Below are positions 61,524-64,000 of a stretch of DNA of 64,000 bases, one piece after another; within the stretch, counting starts at the first letter, position 1; every line of letters starts with the position of its first letter. The position numbers and the translations under genes were made by a program. Origin of the DNA: Dimorphilus gyrociliatus (taxonomy: Eukaryota > Animalia > Annelida); NCBI GenBank assembly GCA_904063045.1, contig CAJFCJ010000007.1, forward strand, positions 988,819-1,052,818. Direction: 5' to 3'. The notes under the pieces are model-generated. The model was given only the letters and a program-made list of their open reading frames with translations, had not been told where the DNA came from and did not search any database.

Positions 61524-63741
61524 CGATTATGGTCCGAAAATATAACAAAAAAGAAAATATTGCCGGGCAAATCCCCTTCATACCCCTTCTAGTCAGAAAC
61601 CGAAAATCTTACACTTGACCTCCATTCGTCCTGATCCTCATCTATATGATTGGAAAAGCACAAAAACAGAGACTGTTGCTACTCTCTTTCGTCAAATTGT
61701 TTGCGGTGGTGTTTTTATCGTTCGCTTATACAAAGGATGAAGTTATTGGGGGTTGACATACGGGTTATTATTTATTCGCTTTATAATGAAATACATGGTC
61801 TACTATTTCCTTTTTTACTCTTTTGAAAAATTCACAAAGAAAAGAAAAAGGAAAAAAATTTTTTATTGATGATTCTCATAAAAGAAAAAGAGGAAAGAGA
61901 AAGAAAGAAGAAAAGATAGAAACGGTGCTATACTGCCACGCCGATGGATTTTTTCGGGAGGGGATTAAATTGACGTTCAAACGCATTCTATGCGCTAAAA
62001 ATCCTGGAAAAAATCCATTTTTAGTCGGTGCTTGTTTTATCGAATGTATATTTACACATGAGTTGTTTAGTTGGTTTGTAGAATTTTTAGCGAGTTTTTT
62101 TTTTGTGTGCCTTTGCACATCCGAAATTGTTCGTGTGGTGTTGAATTATTATTTAAATACAATTAATTGTATACAATTTAACTAAAGTGACAAATCTTCA
62201 TAATTATTTTAAAGTTGCAAAACACTTTATCCACTCTTTGATAACAAAGAAGTTTCACTCAAGTACCAGATGGCACTACTGATGGATAATAAATTTTATA
62301 TTTATATCATAAAAACATCTTTTAATCCATAACGCCAGCTGTAAAACTTAATATCGAGGAGTAAAAAAAGTAGAATATGAAAAGCAATGAGTTTTTGATT
62401 GGCATAAAGTCAATAATTTTACCCTTATGCTTAACATTGAAATTTCAGTTTTCAGGCGATTCGTGACAAACTTTAAACTTGATAGCTGATTTAGCGTGAT
62501 TAGCGAATAATTTACATTCATTTAGTAGTGAATTAGGCGTCAAAGTCTAGTTCTAAGACACGAGCTATTCTCATACAAGGAAAATTACTTGAAAATTAAT
62601 TCAACAAAGGCTAAACTTTCCATATTCTCTTTCATTCTCGATCAATGAACCGAAGATATTAATGATGGCCGTCGGCTGCGAAAGGTTTACTTGATTCTTA
62701 TTAATATACAAAGCACTCAATCTTGGAAAATTTTCCATCTCATTCAACCTTGAATGTCAATCCGAAGGGAGAAAGTACAATTCAATTCTACTCGTCTATT
62801 TAAAACTTTTTGCTTATTGAAAGATGTGATAGACATTAATTACAAACGTGAAAATATGTGTTTTTTCACCGTTCTGACATTGATTTGAATAGAACACTTG
62901 ACATACAACTAGTCATTTTGCTGATATTTTTCAAATTAATTACAAAACTAATTACCATCTTGAAGGATACTTTTTAAATCGTATGAAAGAAATTTCCTGT
63001 TATAATACGTCTTTTGCACGCTCACCCTCTCTAGCGTGAAGTTGTTAATGCACATTTACTCATTAATATTCATAAAGTTTGACACATTATTCATATTGTA
63101 AGAGAGCTTGCAACTTCTTAACAATGAAACATGATTGAAACCGTTAGAAGAAACTGTTCTTTCTTTTTTTCCGTTTTAATGACAACATTAAAATCAATAA
63201 AAAAAACCACTTAAGTTCTATTGTTTTAGTGTCTCTAACTTTTCATTAAAGATTGTTTAAACAAAGAAAAATAATGAAAATGTGATTAAAATGGAATATT
63301 CTCTTTATATTAAAAAAATTCTTTAAAGTCTCTTTTTTCAAAAGAGTTAAAAAACAAAAACTATTTAAACTGTTTATTCAATTTAAATTGCAAACAATAA
63401 CAAAACGTTCCCTTGTTCAATAACAACGTTGTTAAGGACAACAAAATATCACAATTTTTGCCTGTTGTATGCTATGTTTTCCTTTTATTTTTTTTAAAGC
63501 ATAAATAAATTATAATAAATATATAAGATTTGTTCCAATATCTAACAAGTTCAATCGAAATTGTTAATTATACTAAACCTCTATCAAATGAGAATGTATG
63601 TATGCGATTTTGAAAATTATATAATGTAAATCTTCGTTTCTTAAACGCATCTCTTATAAACTGGTTTTATATATATATATATATAAATAGACTGTACTTT
63701 AGTACTCTTCTTCAGGGTTCTTCTTATCTTTGACAATTATT

Positions 63742-63834
63742 TTAGTCGGAGTTTATTTTTGTTATGGAGAAGTATAGGATGAAATAGATGCCAACAAAGA
63801 CTGCTGCTATAGCTAAAACTATCAGTAAAGCCTC
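63742..63834 (-). CDS. TRIQK: TRIQK last coding exon (transmembrane helix)
   Basis: TTTTTTTATTGTTAG| EALLIVLAIAAVFVGIYFILYFSITKINSD*, phase 0; missed by the ORF track. Confidence 0.85.
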   Translation of the reverse strand, partial: EALLIVLAIAAVFVGIYFILYFSITKINSD

Positions 63835-63908
63835 CTAACAATAAAAAAACACGGCTATTGACATTTGATTATGGAAATATTTTCTTTTTTTCAATCTAAT
63901 TATTATAC

Positions 63909-64000
63909 CTTTGTTGTTTCCCCAAATGATTTCTTTTTGTTGGCTATTTCCTTTGATAGCTTAACGTCTTTCTTGCTTTTTTTCCAGTCTTGCTTTCCTA
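63909..64000 (-). CDS. TRIQK: TRIQK penultimate coding exon (truncated by window edge)
   Basis: GKQDWKKSKKDVKLSKEIANKKKSFGETTK |GTATAA; resembles human TRIQK IGKQDYKKTK...IGIK-EVGLVLAA; 74-nt intron. Confidence 0.85.

Noticed and set aside
1-64000. tRNA, rRNA, snoRNA, CRISPR arrays, telomeric repeats, transposase or reverse-transcriptase ORFs
   Set aside because: GTTCGA and TGATGA hits lacked cloverleaf or box D context, and I saw no regularly spaced repeats or mobile-element ORFs by eye. tRNAscan-SE, Infernal and RepeatMasker would be decisive.

Overview
AT-rich (about 30% GC by eye), intron-containing animal genomic DNA. The organism looks like a compact-genome invertebrate, but that is inference only. 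Left to right: (1) first coding exon of an E2F7/8 gene on the minus strand, running off the left edge, with an E2F/CHR-site promoter; (2) an orphan first exon at 3008; (3) an intronless Y-box cold-shock-domain gene; (4) an inverted duplication of about 1.1 kb (arms about 7110-8255 and 14460-15520) with a 424-bp core that differs by one visible mismatch; its 6.2-kb spacer holds an intronless LITAF-domain gene with an atypical basic N-terminus; (5) an orphan 142-aa ORF with three YVN (Grb2-type) motifs; (6) about 15 kb with no convincing CDS; (7) a complete 13-exon Neuron navigator (NAV/unc-53/sickie) gene, 33100-61523, about 1804 aa, all splice phases consistent, with candidate internal first exons and a nested same-strand 238-aa ORF ending in ESSV; (8) the last two coding exons of TRIQK on the minus strand at the right edge. 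Two short motifs, TAGGCCTA and CTCF/YY1-like AG[AG]TGGCG, are strongly over-represented by hand count. I saw no tRNA, rRNA, CRISPR array or transposase ORF. All alignments, counts and family assignments were done by eye or from memory, with no database search.
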